Assembly: GCF_964188315.1 (NCBI RefSeq) | Contig: NC_135673.1 | Span: 18,352,001-18,416,000, forward strand | Direction of reading: 5' to 3' | Origin: Podarcis muralis | Taxonomy: Eukaryota | DNA length: 64,000 nt | In this document: positions 1 through 10,506 of the stretch, in pieces | Layout: each line of letters starts with the position of its first letter | How positions within the stretch are numbered: the first letter of the stretch is position 1 | Notes under the pieces: generated by a model | Told to the model about the DNA's origin: nothing | Database searches by the model: none | What the model saw: the letters and a program-made list of their open reading frames with translations, nothing else | Position numbers and translations under genes: made by a program

Positions 1-789
1 GCACAATTTCCTTGGTGGTCTTTGAGTGTCACCCAAAGAAAAAATATTGTTATGAAATTGGGGGGGGGGGGGCAGATCCCCATAAATTTTTAATTTAGTA
101 AATTTGCACAAACAGAAAGAGTTTTTGAGAGAAAATGAGCTGAAATGAAATAAATAAATTAGTAAATAAATGCACATTAGGGAAAGAAAAGGAAGAACAG
201 GAAACTATGGTGGGAGGCAGGTATGAGGAAACAATAAATGAATAGATTTTGGAAGGGAAGAAGGAAATGTTAGAAAAGGAGAAGAAAGGAAGCAGCCTGA
301 AAGAAACTAAGGCAGTGCAGAAGAAATACAGGAAGAAAGGGGGTGAATAAGTTTAGGAAGGAAAGAAAAGGAAACTATTTTGCAGTAAGGAAGGAAATAA
401 ATGTTAGGAAATAAAGAAAAGGAAGAAGATGCATTCTGAGGAGAAACTGAGGCAGAATGGAATACTAAAGCAAAGGTTTAGGAAAAAAAGGAAGGAAAGA
501 AGGAATTTAGGAAGGAAAGCAAAGGAAGAGGGAGCATTTTGTGGTTGACTAAGGCAGAGAGAAAGTCAGGAGTGGAAATAGTAAAAAAGTGGAGAAAGAG
601 AAAATAAACGTTAGGAAGAGGAGTTTGAGGTAAAACTGAAGCAGAGTGGGAAAAAGTGAAGAATGGTTTTGAAAAAGGAAGGAAAGGTTGAGAAGGCATC
701 TGGGGGTAACTGAGGCACAGGGAGACAGAAAGCAGAGGGGGGGAGAAGGCCCCACCCCAAATATCTCCCTGTGTTGGGAGGGGGTTGCC

Positions 790-1530
790 TTCATTAACCC
801 TTTCTTCTACTTGCCGCCCTCTCCCCGCCACAGGCACAGCCCGGGTCTCGCCGTCTTCGCCGCCGCCTCCCCGCTCCTTCTCTTCTCGCGGGCGGAGGGA
901 GGAAGGCGGGCGGGCGGAGGGAACAGCCGGGCCGGTTTGAACCAGCGGAGGCGGCGGCAGCAGCAGCAGCAGAAGAAAAAGAAGGTGGAAAGGCGGCGGA
1001 AGGGACCCCGGGATAAGTCTGGGAGGCGGTCCCGACCGTCCCTCCCGGTGCCTACGGCGGAGAAGGTGGAGGAGCTGTGTTCCCTCCGAGCATGTGAGGC
1101 TGAGGAAGGAGCAGCGGAGGGCGGGAAATGGAGGCGGCTGGGCCCGGGTCCGGTTGGCACTGCGCAGGAGGCTGCTAGCGGTGGCGGTAGGCCCGGGAGT
1201 TTGCCTTGGCAACGAGGCCTTGGGGGGGGAGGGCCTGGCAGGGGACGGGAGCGGGGCGAGCGAGACAGGCAATGGCTGTTGCGGTTTTAGAGTGCTGGTT
1301 TGGCGCGGGAAGGGAGCCCAACGACGGGGGCGGGGGAGAGGGAGCGTTTCCCCCACTAATAATAATAATGTATTAAGTTTATTTGCCGCTTTTTTTGCTA
1401 TGGCAACTCGAAGCGACTTACAAAAAAACGAAAACGAAGCGAGGTGTGGCGAATACGTTCGTCAAAATACCTCATGCTCCGTACCCTTCAGGGCGAGGGT
1501 CCACCTGCAGAGGCTCTTTCTTTAAAGCGG
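790..1530. promoter_or_regulatory. CpG island; probable promoter and non-coding first exon of PPP1R26
   Basis: Dense CpG/GC stretch (ccgccgcc, gcgggcgggcgg, CGG/CAG runs) about 1-1.7 kb upstream of the PPP1R26 coding-exon acceptor. Exact TSS and donor cannot be determined. Confidence 0.75.
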
Positions 1531-1837
1531 ATATTTAGCGTGTATTTGAGGACACAGGATTTCATTGAAAACCGCCTTGTGCTGAGTTAGGCAACTGGGT
1601 TCCGTCCAGCTCAGTACTGTCTGCACTGACTGGCAGCAGCAGCGGATCTCCAGGGTTCGGCCCTGCCTGAGGATGCCAGGGGTTGGGACTCAGCATGGGA
1701 CTCAGCATGCAAGGCAGGTGCACAGGAAGCTACCTTCTACAGATCCAGAGCAACTGGTCCATCTAGCTCTGTATTGGCCACACTCATTGGCAGAATCCAG
1801 ACGGTCTTTCCCAGCCCTACCTGGAGATGCCATAGGG

Positions 1838-2105
1838 CAGGCATGTTTAAAGTCCATTTTGGGGGCCTAATCCGGCCCACCGGTTGGTTTAATCTGGCCT
1901 CTGTGGCAGTTTATTTCCTGGGGTAAAATCCTAAAAAAAAACCTCAGACTTCAATCCTAAAAAAAAGCTCAACAACTTTGAGGTAAAATAATTTTTAAAA
2001 GCCCAATAACTTCAATCCTTTAAAAAGTCAACAACTTTGGTTGGCCCTCACAGCCCTTCGCTTCATCAAATCTGGCCCTCTTTGAAAAAAGCTTGGACAC
2101 CACTG
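1838..2105. mobile_element. Non-autonomous hAT element (MITE) nested in a tRNA-derived SINE
   Basis: 8-bp TSD CCATAGGG at 1830-1837 and 2106-2113; imperfect CAG...CTG termini; the host SINE sequence (ctggagatgcc...gattgaacctgg) resumes after it. Confidence 0.8.
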
Positions 2106-2512
2106 CCATAGGGGATTGAACCTGGAGCTAAGCAAAGCATGTGCTCTACTACTGAGCTGTGGCCCTTCCCTAAATTTGCATATCCTAATTTACATGTACA
2201 GGTACAAGTTTAGAAATTCTGATTGTGACTTTGTCAGTGGTAGTGCATTGGCTTTGCATGCAGGAGGTTCCAGGTTCAATCCTCAGTGGCATCTCCAGAT
2301 AGGACTTACCAGCCCTTCATCTGCTATTGAAAGGGTATTAGTTAATATAGAACATGTCGTATGTAGAATTTGATTGGGAAACTTCAGCGCATTGGCTTTC
2401 TGCATAACTGGCATTGTGATAATATGCATCTTTTCTTTCTTTTTGTGTTAGGATGGTGTAACAACTTGCCTGAGAACCAATACCTGAGTGGGCCTCCTTG
2501 CTACCAATTAGG

Positions 2513-5500
2513 ATGTTTCTCATGGACACCCCCCCTTTGGTGGCCCTCCAGAGGACATGGGAGCCCTTTGTCCCATCGAGGAACTGCAGGTACCCCATCT
2601 GCTTCTCAGAATCCGAAGATGATATTGCTAGGACAGCTGTCAGTGCCAAAGTCCAGATGATCATTAACAACCTCCAGAGCGAAGAGGCATCCTTGGATGC
2701 CAGCTGCAGTGAATATGGCTGCCTTATACAGAAAAAGCAGAAGGGAACCAAGGTCAGGAGCCCCAAGCTAAGGGCCAGCGGCAGGACGCTGCAGAAACAC
2801 ATTGAATACACCCAGAGTCACTGTCCTGCCGACTCTGATGGCATGGAGGTGGAAGAGAGCTCAGAATTTGGCCCTCTCTCTCTGAATTCTGACAGTGATG
2901 ATTCCGTTGACCGAGAAATAGAAGAGGCCATCCAAGAGTATCTAAAAAACAAAGGCCAGTGCATTTCACCACTGCCAAGCGAGGCCAAGAGTTTGCACAG
3001 TGTAGACAATACAGATTGTAGTTTGTTCCCTACAGATGTGAAGTTGAATGAGGTTCAGTGCCCCTGTTCCCCCAACTACTTTGAGGGAGACATCGCTCCC
3101 TCCCCGTGCAGTGTGAGCAGCAACGACTCTTTTGAACAGAGCATCAAAGCTGAGATAGAGCAATTCTTAAATGAGAAGAAACAGCAATCAAGGAAAAAGG
3201 ATATAACACTGGGGAGTAGGAAACTTCACCAGAAAGAGACCCAAGAGAAGTTGGCAGTTAGGAACCGGAGAGAAAGTCGGCAAAGGTATCTGAAACGAGA
3301 GCGGGGCAAGGCACTCTTCTTAAGGCACCACCTGGAACTCAGAGGTGCCAATGCTCCTTCTAAACAGGAGTCAACAACCAGTGGAGAGGAGCTTGGTGAC
3401 TTCAGTACAACAGGCCAAGCAACCTTGAAAACACCTTTGGCTGGTCATTCCTGCATCCTGGAGCAAAGCAGAACAGGCAAGAAAAGGCAGGCACTTTGGA
3501 AAGCCAGGGAAGAGCAAACCCTTCAAAGCATAGACATCTCTGATTCAAGTAGTGACGATGGCATTGAAGAAGCTATCCAACTGTACCAGCTGGAGAAAAC
3601 CAGGAAGGCAGCAGACTGCAAAGCAGGCCACGCTCCTTTTCCAAAGGAAGAGTTTGGGGCCATCAGGATAAAAGATATATCCGCCAGGTTGATGATCCGT
3701 TCAGTAAAAGGTGCCTTGCCAGAGATCCCCAGGAAAGCTTTGAGCAGGAAGGGGAGGCAAAGCTGCTCTAAAGCAGCAGAATTAAATAAGTTGGATGCCA
3801 TTTGCAGCAAGACAGCAGAGAAAGGCAATGTTGGCCCTACTCTGGAAGATGACTTTGCCAAGTGTGCACTCACCTTCCAGGCCTCTTGCAGGACAGACAC
3901 TGCTGCTGAGCTGATGTGTGCAGAAGCCATCCTGGACATCTCCAAGACCATTTTACCTCTCCCTACAGGAAGCAGCAACAGCAGGTCATTCACCACAAGT
4001 GATCCTTCATTCTGCTCCCAGAGTGTGCAGCCTTTTCAAATTGAAAGTGACAGTCACAGCGTGAACAGTGATGACAGCATTGAGCAAGAGATAAGAACTT
4101 TTTTGGCGGTCAAAGCACAAGCAGGAGGCCTGGTAGCAAAAAATGAAGGGGTCTCACATAGTGCCCAAATTCCTCCCTTCTCTGGGCAACCATTAAAACT
4201 GTCACCAAGTCAAAAAAGGAAACCCAAGGCAGGACGCAAGCGAGGCCAAAGCACACAACTGATGCTGTCAAATACGCCCCAAGGTGGTCTGAGCATACTG
4301 AAAAACAGCAAAGTTGGAGGGGCAGTGGCTAGCTGCCAACAAGATTCTGTAACCATTGCCAGTTTAATAGATTTTGGAAACCCTTTGTCACAAGGACAGC
4401 TTGGTGCTAGAGAACTTTTTAAAAGCATGGCATGGGGTCAACAGAAGTACATCATAGAGGATAAGAGCAGTTCTTTGGACAGTGATGAGGACTTGGACAC
4501 AGCTATCAAGGACCTCTTGAGGTCCAAGCGAAAGTTAAAGAAAAAACCCAAAGACAAAAGAATCCCATGCAAGAAGAGAGTCCGGTTTAGTGAGACAGAG
4601 ATGCAGATTCTGGAGGATAAAGAAACAGACTGCAAATCCAAAGCTCCCACCTTGCTGAAGAGTTGCCTCATGAGCCCGGGAATAAACTTTGGGGAAGAGG
4701 ATGCAAAGAAAGGGCCCCAAAGCATCATGAAGTCCCAAAGTCCAAAAGCCACACAGTGTGTGTTGGAATTTAAAAAGGAATGCCACACTAAGTCAGTGGC
4801 TGGGCCCAAAACTCGGGATGGAGCGAAAAGCAATCAGTGTTTTTGGGCTGCCACATCCCTGACAGACAACAGCAGTTCCATGGATAGTGATGACAGCATC
4901 GAGCAAGAAATCCAGAGGTTCTTGGCAGAAAAGGCTAAAGATTCCACAGAAGTACCCAGAGCCGATGGGATTGTTGAGAACTTGCAAATTGATAAACCCC
5001 AAACAGCCATATCTAAAGCCAAGCACCAGCTGTTCAGAGACGGAGGCAATGCCTTGCTGGGATGGAGTAAAAAAGCAAAGAAGGCAGGTCCACTCATGGT
5101 TGTGTTGAGAAGTTCTCTGAAGGCTGAAGAAGAGACAGTGCAAAATGCTTCTCTTTGTGACATGCAGGTGGTCTCATCTGAGTGGGATCTGTGCAGTCAA
5201 GGTACTGTGCAGACAAAACGATCCGGTTTACCTGCAAAACAGGCAGTGGTTCGAAGAAAGGTTGGCTATGATAGCAAGCTTGACCAAATAAACATTCCAC
5301 CTGGGAAGGGCAAATCTGAGAACTTTAAATCACAAAATTACTTTAAGCCATTGTCTTCTTTCAAAAGGAAAAGCCCATATGAGTTCAAAGTTTCCAGCAA
5401 GTTTATAGCAGGCCTCAAAAGCACTCAGAATAAAAAAAACCCTGTGCTTGTGGGGAAAGGGCAGGGTGAAGATCTGTCATTCAAGAGGCAGGGAGGTGCC

Positions 5501-5917
5501 CCAGTATCAGATTTGCTTGGTAAGAGCCAGGTGGTGAGACTGCAGAGAGGGGGGGTTCTAAGATCCAGGTGTCAGGCAAGATTTAAAGAGGCAGATTTAT
5601 CTTCAGGAGGGCCTTCTCCCTTTCTGACTGAGAGGCAAGGGGCAACAGAGGAAGCTTATTTATGCTATGAAGCAGTCAACCTAGCAGATATTAAACCTTT
5701 GGAGCCTTGCTGCAGGAGGGACTCCAGCCATGGTCTTCCTTTGCACGTACGCAGCACAGCTAATGAGCAAGGGGTCAGAGTTAGCACAGTGTCCCTGCGT
5801 GCTGAGTTCCCTGATGGGGTAGAAGAAGGGAACACCCAGGAGCTTCACACCAGTTGGAAGGAGTGTAGTAAAGTTCCCAGCAGCTGTTATAGCTTGCAAC
5901 AGATGGAGAATCCTTGA
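2513..5917 (+). CDS. PPP1R26: Protein phosphatase 1 regulatory subunit 26 (KIAA0649), single coding exon, 1134 aa
   Basis: The ORF from ATG 2513 (MFLMDTPPLVALQRTWEPF...VSAKVQMIINNLQ...DSDDSVDREIEEAIQEYLK) resembles recalled vertebrate PPP1R26. RVxF-type KKRVRF at 4571-4588. Polypyrimidine acceptor ttttctttctttttgtgttag ends at 2451. Located next to PIERCE1 and MRPS2. Confidence 0.93.
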   Translation: MFLMDTPPLVALQRTWEPFVPSRNCRYPICFSESEDDIARTAVSAKVQMIINNLQSEEASLDASCSEYGCLIQKKQKGTKVRSPKLRASGRTLQKHIEYTQSHCPADSDGMEVEESSEFGPLSLNSDSDDSVDREIEEAIQEYLKNKGQCISPLPSEAKSLHSVDNTDCSLFPTDVKLNEVQCPCSPNYFEGDIAPSPCSVSSNDSFEQSIKAEIEQFLNEKKQQSRKKDITLGSRKLHQKETQEKLAVRNRRESRQRYLKRERGKALFLRHHLELRGANAPSKQESTTSGEELGDFSTTGQATLKTPLAGHSCILEQSRTGKKRQALWKAREEQTLQSIDISDSSSDDGIEEAIQLYQLEKTRKAADCKAGHAPFPKEEFGAIRIKDISARLMIRSVKGALPEIPRKALSRKGRQSCSKAAELNKLDAICSKTAEKGNVGPTLEDDFAKCALTFQASCRTDTAAELMCAEAILDISKTILPLPTGSSNSRSFTTSDPSFCSQSVQPFQIESDSHSVNSDDSIEQEIRTFLAVKAQAGGLVAKNEGVSHSAQIPPFSGQPLKLSPSQKRKPKAGRKRGQSTQLMLSNTPQGGLSILKNSKVGGAVASCQQDSVTIASLIDFGNPLSQGQLGARELFKSMAWGQQKYIIEDKSSSLDSDEDLDTAIKDLLRSKRKLKKKPKDKRIPCKKRVRFSETEMQILEDKETDCKSKAPTLLKSCLMSPGINFGEEDAKKGPQSIMKSQSPKATQCVLEFKKECHTKSVAGPKTRDGAKSNQCFWAATSLTDNSSSMDSDDSIEQEIQRFLAEKAKDSTEVPRADGIVENLQIDKPQTAISKAKHQLFRDGGNALLGWSKKAKKAGPLMVVLRSSLKAEEETVQNASLCDMQVVSSEWDLCSQGTVQTKRSGLPAKQAVVRRKVGYDSKLDQINIPPGKGKSENFKSQNYFKPLSSFKRKSPYEFKVSSKFIAGLKSTQNKKNPVLVGKGQGEDLSFKRQGGAPVSDLLGKSQVVRLQRGGVLRSRCQARFKEADLSSGGPSPFLTERQGATEEAYLCYEAVNLADIKPLEPCCRRDSSHGLPLHVRSTANEQGVRVSTVSLRAEFPDGVEEGNTQELHTSWKECSKVPSSCYSLQQMENP

Positions 5918-7343
5918 TTGGCCAGGATAGGATAGCAGAGGAGCAAGCCCAGAAAGATTTAGAGGAAAGCTGTGCAGAATTTGTAGGTGTAACCCCAATG
6001 GAGTATGCACGCTGGTGAAAAGCAAGGACTTCAGTTTGTAAGGGCTTTATTTTTTACAGCATCCGTGTGTGGTTTTTTTTAAGGTAAAAGCCTGCATTAC
6101 AGTTAGGTTTTCTGACATCTTGATTAATCTTCATGCTGGAAGGGGTGAGGATTTGTTCTTTTCCTCACCCTCCCCTGCATCATCCTTGAGTTACAAGGAC
6201 AATCTTATAATTGTAGAGTTTGAAGGAATCCAAAGGGTCATCTAGCCCAACCCCCTTATCTACTCAGCACCTCAAGATTCATCCACAGTGGGAAACTTAT
6301 GCCTCCCCCCCCCCCCCCGACCAAGAGATTTATCCTTTTCAGATAAAGAAAATGTAATCTTTATTAAGCAGCCCAGAGTGTCGTGGTCTTCAAAGTATTC
6401 AAAATGGAAAGAGAATTTAGCACAAATGCAGACAGTATATCTTTCCATTGAAGGAATCTGTCACCTATTACATGGACTTGATTCCCCTCCCCCCTTTTTT
6501 AAAGACTGTTCTAAGTTATTTAAAAAATGCTTTAAGTGAGTCTTTTTTGTAACAGTTTATAGAGCACCCCTAACTGCAGAGAACTGTAGTTCATGTTCAT
6601 TGTACTACATCAGGATTGGAAAACTTGTGGGGTCTCCAGATGTTGCTGTAATAAGACTCCCATCATCCCCAGCCACTGGTCATGCTGGCGTGGAGCTGAT
6701 AGGAGTTGGAATCTAACAATATCTGGAGGGTGCAGGAGTTCCCCACCCACTTACCACAGACAATGAAGATAACTCTGGTCTGAGACTTTCGACTTTATTC
6801 TTAGAACAGCCTTCCCCAACCTAGGGCCTGTGCTTCCTGGAGTTGATGGGAGTTGTAGTCCAGAACTTCTGGAAGGCACCTGGTTGGCGAGGGCTGTCTT
6901 AGATGCTTCCACAGAGTATAGTGTTTCTTTCCAAGAGCAGGTATATTGAAGTTACTTCTTGCCTTCCTCCATAGAAGGTAAACGTGATAGCAGAAAGTGG
7001 TTGCACCTCAGAATTTGCATTCCCCCCCTCCAACTAGTCTGTATATTTTTTTTTTAAAAAAAAATGCTGCTTTCACATCTCATTTTACATTGACACCTCA
7101 TGGCAATCTGCCTCTTCTCACTATAAACCTTTACTATACATTCTTCTATTGCTCTTTAAACCCCCAGATCAGTTTATGGGGACCCTCGGGCGGGGGGGGG
7201 CGGGGAGAGAGGGTGCATCTGTATTCATCAGTCAAATTGCAGTACTTTGTAGCTTGTGGTTTTGATTCTGTCTGACTGTAGAAGCACTTTTGAACTTGTT
7301 TTGTATATAAGAAATGGTGTACATTCATACATTTATAAAGTTT

Positions 7344-7349
7344 AATAAA
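7344..7349 (+). terminator. Probable PPP1R26 polyadenylation signal AATAAA
   Basis: AATAAA after an AU-rich stretch about 1.4 kb past the stop codon. Confidence 0.55.
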
Positions 7350-8530
7350 CAGGGTTCAGAGTTTGAACCATGAAACCAAAAGTGTTTTCTTTTTTAATGT
7401 CTCAGATGTTTCAGAGAGATTTAGGTCCACAGCCACCACTTGGTCCTCTGTCATTTATCTTACTCAGGCTGTTTCCAAAGGGGCTTTGTCCACCCTCTTA
7501 AGGTGTGAGCGGAAAGGAACAGTTGTATTCTGTACCCCAGTCAATAATAGAGCCTACTAGATCAGGCCAGAAGGGTCCCATCTAGTCCAGCATCCTGTTC
7601 TTATAGTGGCCAACCAAAACCCCCAATGGGAAGAAGCCCACAAGCAAGACCAGAGCAAGAGAGCAACTCTCTCCGCTTATGATTCCCAGCAACTGGTATT
7701 CAGAGGCATTCTAGCTCCCAACAGCAGAGGAAGAACAAAAGAAAGCCTGCTGGAAAGCCACCTGCCTGGTATCGATAGCCAAGGTGTTCCAGAGTGTAGG
7801 TGCTGCCATACTAAAAGATAGATTTCTTACAAATGGGGAATGAGTATTATGTGGCACCTGTAACAGTGCCAGTTTCACAGGTTGACGCGGTCGTGTGAGC
7901 ATTTATGGAGTAAGCTCACAGGTAAACTTATCCCAAGTTTCTGGACCTCATTGTTCTGAATTAAATAGGAACATAAGTGGCCATATTCCAGCTCTGACTG
8001 TTGGTCCACCTAGCTCAGTATTGCCTACAATGACTAGTCTTCCCAGAGTTTCCAAAGTCTTTCCAGGGTTTCAGGCAGGGCATTCACAGCCCTAGCTGGA
8101 GATGCCAGCAGGGATTGAACCCGGGACCTTTGACATGTTCCACCAATGAGTTACAGCTCTTCCCCAAGTGTGAAGGCAGACAATACATGCAGATTGCTGC
8201 AGATTCCCAACATTTTAATGATGGACACAATACTATTGTTACACGGTAGCCTTAATTAAACCCAACAGTGATATCCTCTGCAAGCTCTTTTCCGTGGATG
8301 CAATCCAAAGCCATTTAACCCCACTTGTTGAAGCCTATAAGAGTTTTCTAGATAGAGAGGAGCATGTAAGCAGAAATTGTTCACTGAAACTAGGGATGGG
8401 AGCCACAGGAAAAAAGTTGTTTTTTCAGGAGCTTCAATATAGTCAGTTTCCATAATCATTCCTTGGTGCCGTTCGTTAGGATGAAGGAGTGAAAGCTTAA
8501 ATGGGCAGCAACATGGCTTCCAGGTGTCCC

Positions 8531-8719
8531 CTACTCGCAAAAGGATGGCCCCCCAGTCCTGTAACTGGGGTGGAAATTCAGTGTGTCAAAGCAGGTGATG
8601 AAGTTTTCTGCGCCGGTCACATAGCTCTTCTCTGTGTTGGTGTTGATCCCGGTATTCCGGTATGGGCCAAACTTCACAAGGTGGTTTGAGAAGGCATGTG
8701 GGGAAACATGGAAGCTGGT
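8531..8719 (-). CDS. PIERCE1: PIERCE1 (C9orf116) exon 3, last coding exon
   Basis: Acceptor ttcttcccaacAG; reads TSFHVSPHAFSNHLVKFGPYRNTGINTNTEKSYVTGAENFITCFDTLNFHPSYRTGGPSFCE*; LNFHPSY motif as in recalled PIERCE1; phase 0 matches exon 2. Confidence 0.9.
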   Translation of the reverse strand, partial: TSFHVSPHAFSNHLVKFGPYRNTGINTNTEKSYVTGAENFITCFDTLNFHPSYRTGGPSFCE

Positions 8720-9367
8720 CTGTTGGGAAGAAAGTGGGATGTGAATGATTATCTGGAACCCTGAGGCTAGTGAGTTAACTTGAGTAGCTCAGACCACAGG
8801 CAACCCCCTCTAGGCAAACAAAATGAAAGTTTTGTTTAGGAACCTGTGCACTAAGGACACTGACTCCTGCCTAGAAGGCAGGGAAGTCACCCTGCAGTCT
8901 ATATAAGAACATAAGGAGACCCTGCTGGATCAGAACAAAGGGGGCCCACGCAGTCCAGTTTCCCGTTCTCACAGTGTCCTACCAGAGGCCCACTATGGGA
9001 AACTCACAAGCAGAATTGTTGTTGAAGCCTATAAGAGTTTTCTAGATAGAGAGGAGCATGTAAGCAGTAGAAAAGTCTTCTGCCAGTTGGCAATTCCCAG
9101 CAATGTGTTCAGAGGCATACTGACTCGAGCACTAGAATTAGCATGTAGGACCTAAGGACCTAAAAAAGAGCTCTGCTGGATTAGGCCAAAGGCATATCTA
9201 GTCCAGCATCCTGTCATCACAGTGGCCATGCAGATGCCCACTATCAGAAGTTCCCAAGCAGGACCAGAGCACATGAGCAACACTCCCATCCTGTGGTTTC
9301 CAGCAACAGGCATTTTGAGGCATTATTGCCTCTTAGCTTATAGAGGCAGAGCATAGCCACTTTGGCT

Positions 9368-9468
9368 GTTGTTGTTTAGTCATTTAGTCGTGTCCGACTC
9401 TTTGTGACCCCATGGACCAGAGCACGCCAGGCACTTCTGTCTTCCACTGCCTCCTGCAGTTTGGTCAA
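9368..9468 (-). mobile_element. Bov-B (RTE) LINE 3' end, heavily 5'-truncated
   Basis: tttagtcgtgtccgactctttgtgaccccatggaccagagcacgccaggcac with (CAA)n tail; perfect 13-bp TSD AGCCACTTTGGCT at 9355-9367 and 9469-9481. Confidence 0.85.
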
Positions 9469-9845
9469 AGCCACTTTGGCTAGTAGCCTTCAATAGCCCT
9501 CTTCTCCATGCACACTCAGTTGTCCATGTCCCTAATGATCTACTGACCCACAATTATGGCACGCCAGAGGACTATCATAATGAGGATAACTTCTCTCAAA
9601 GAACGGGTCCTTTTCTAAGGGGCAATTTCCCTCTTTCTTAGGGACAATTAGAAGTAAAGTTCCAGCTGCGTTTTGAGTGTTCTCATGGAGCAACTCGTGA
9701 TATTGTATTCATTATTATAATATCTGTAGGCCACACTTCCATTACAAATGCAGCAATACAAAATTGCTGGTGTTTCTGCTTATCTTCTTGTAAAAAGCCG
9801 CTCTGAGCCCGGCCTTGGCTGGGGAGGGCGGGGTATAAATAAAAT

Positions 9846-9848
9846 ATT

Positions 9849-9890
<42 letters not shown>

Positions 9891-9892
9891 AC

Positions 9893-9935
<43 letters not shown>
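9846..9935. repeat. Compound (TTG)n(TTA)n microsatellite, tail of a LINE 3' fragment
   Basis: Direct reading; preceded by the gggcggggtataaataaa L2-type 3' end. Confidence 0.9.
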
Positions 9936-9937
<2 letters not shown>

Positions 9938-10105
9938 AAACACCAATACATACTGATTGGGGGTTTTTAAAGCCATGCTCTAAAGGCCTTTCTGGATAAT
10001 ACCATTTTAAGGAGACATCTAAAAAAAGGAAAAAATGATTCCTACCAAACCTCCACTGGCAGGGAGTTACACAGGGCAGGGCCTCCCTAATAAAGACTGA
10101 ATGAA

Positions 10106-10358
10106 CCAGTGTGGTGTAGTGGTTAGAGTGCTGGAGTAGGACCTGGGTTTGAATCCCCACTTGTCATGAAAAGCACTAGGTGTGACCTTGAGCCAGCCTA
10201 CCTTAGGAGGAGAAACCGGGGACATGTACAGTGCAGTGCCAGGCCCTGCCTATCACCCAAACCTACATTGCAGGGTTGTTGTGGAGACTGAGCAGAGGCA
10301 GAACCAAGTATGCCACCTTGAGCTCCTTGAAGGAAAAAAGCGGGATATAAATAAAATA
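10106..10358 (+). mobile_element. tRNA-derived squamate SINE (Squam3-like)
   Basis: gtgtggtgtagtggttagagtg...gggtttgaatcccc head; cagggttgttgtg core; gagctccttgaaggaaaaaagcgggatataaat tail. Related copies near 11600, 15600, 26900, 37620 and 59040. Confidence 0.7.
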
Positions 10359-10506
10359 CATAACCTCAGTGATTGAGGTAGAGCATAAGAGATCAAGTGG
10401 TTCTTAAGGTATACTTTGGCCTCATGATTTCTAGGGCTCTGGATTAACACAACGACCATGAACCTGTCTGGGGCACAACTTAACAATTCAGCAAAACTGC
10501 TCATAC

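Noticed and set aside
478-1525. Overlapping 117-292 aa ORFs in the PPP1R26 CpG island
   Set aside because: Stop-poor GC-rich or purine-rich sequence, low-complexity products, mostly non-ATG starts, no recognisable homology.
2235-2300. tRNA-like sequences here and at many sites (e.g. 12480, 31745, 41290, 54080)
   Set aside because: A- and B-box-like heads run into SINE bodies (ggcatctccagg...) with no acceptor stem; these are tRNA-derived SINEs, not tRNA genes.
9683-10160. Poly-I/T, poly-L and poly-N ORFs (also 23932-24281, 54237-54521, 62686-62907)
   Set aside because: Translations of trinucleotide microsatellites.
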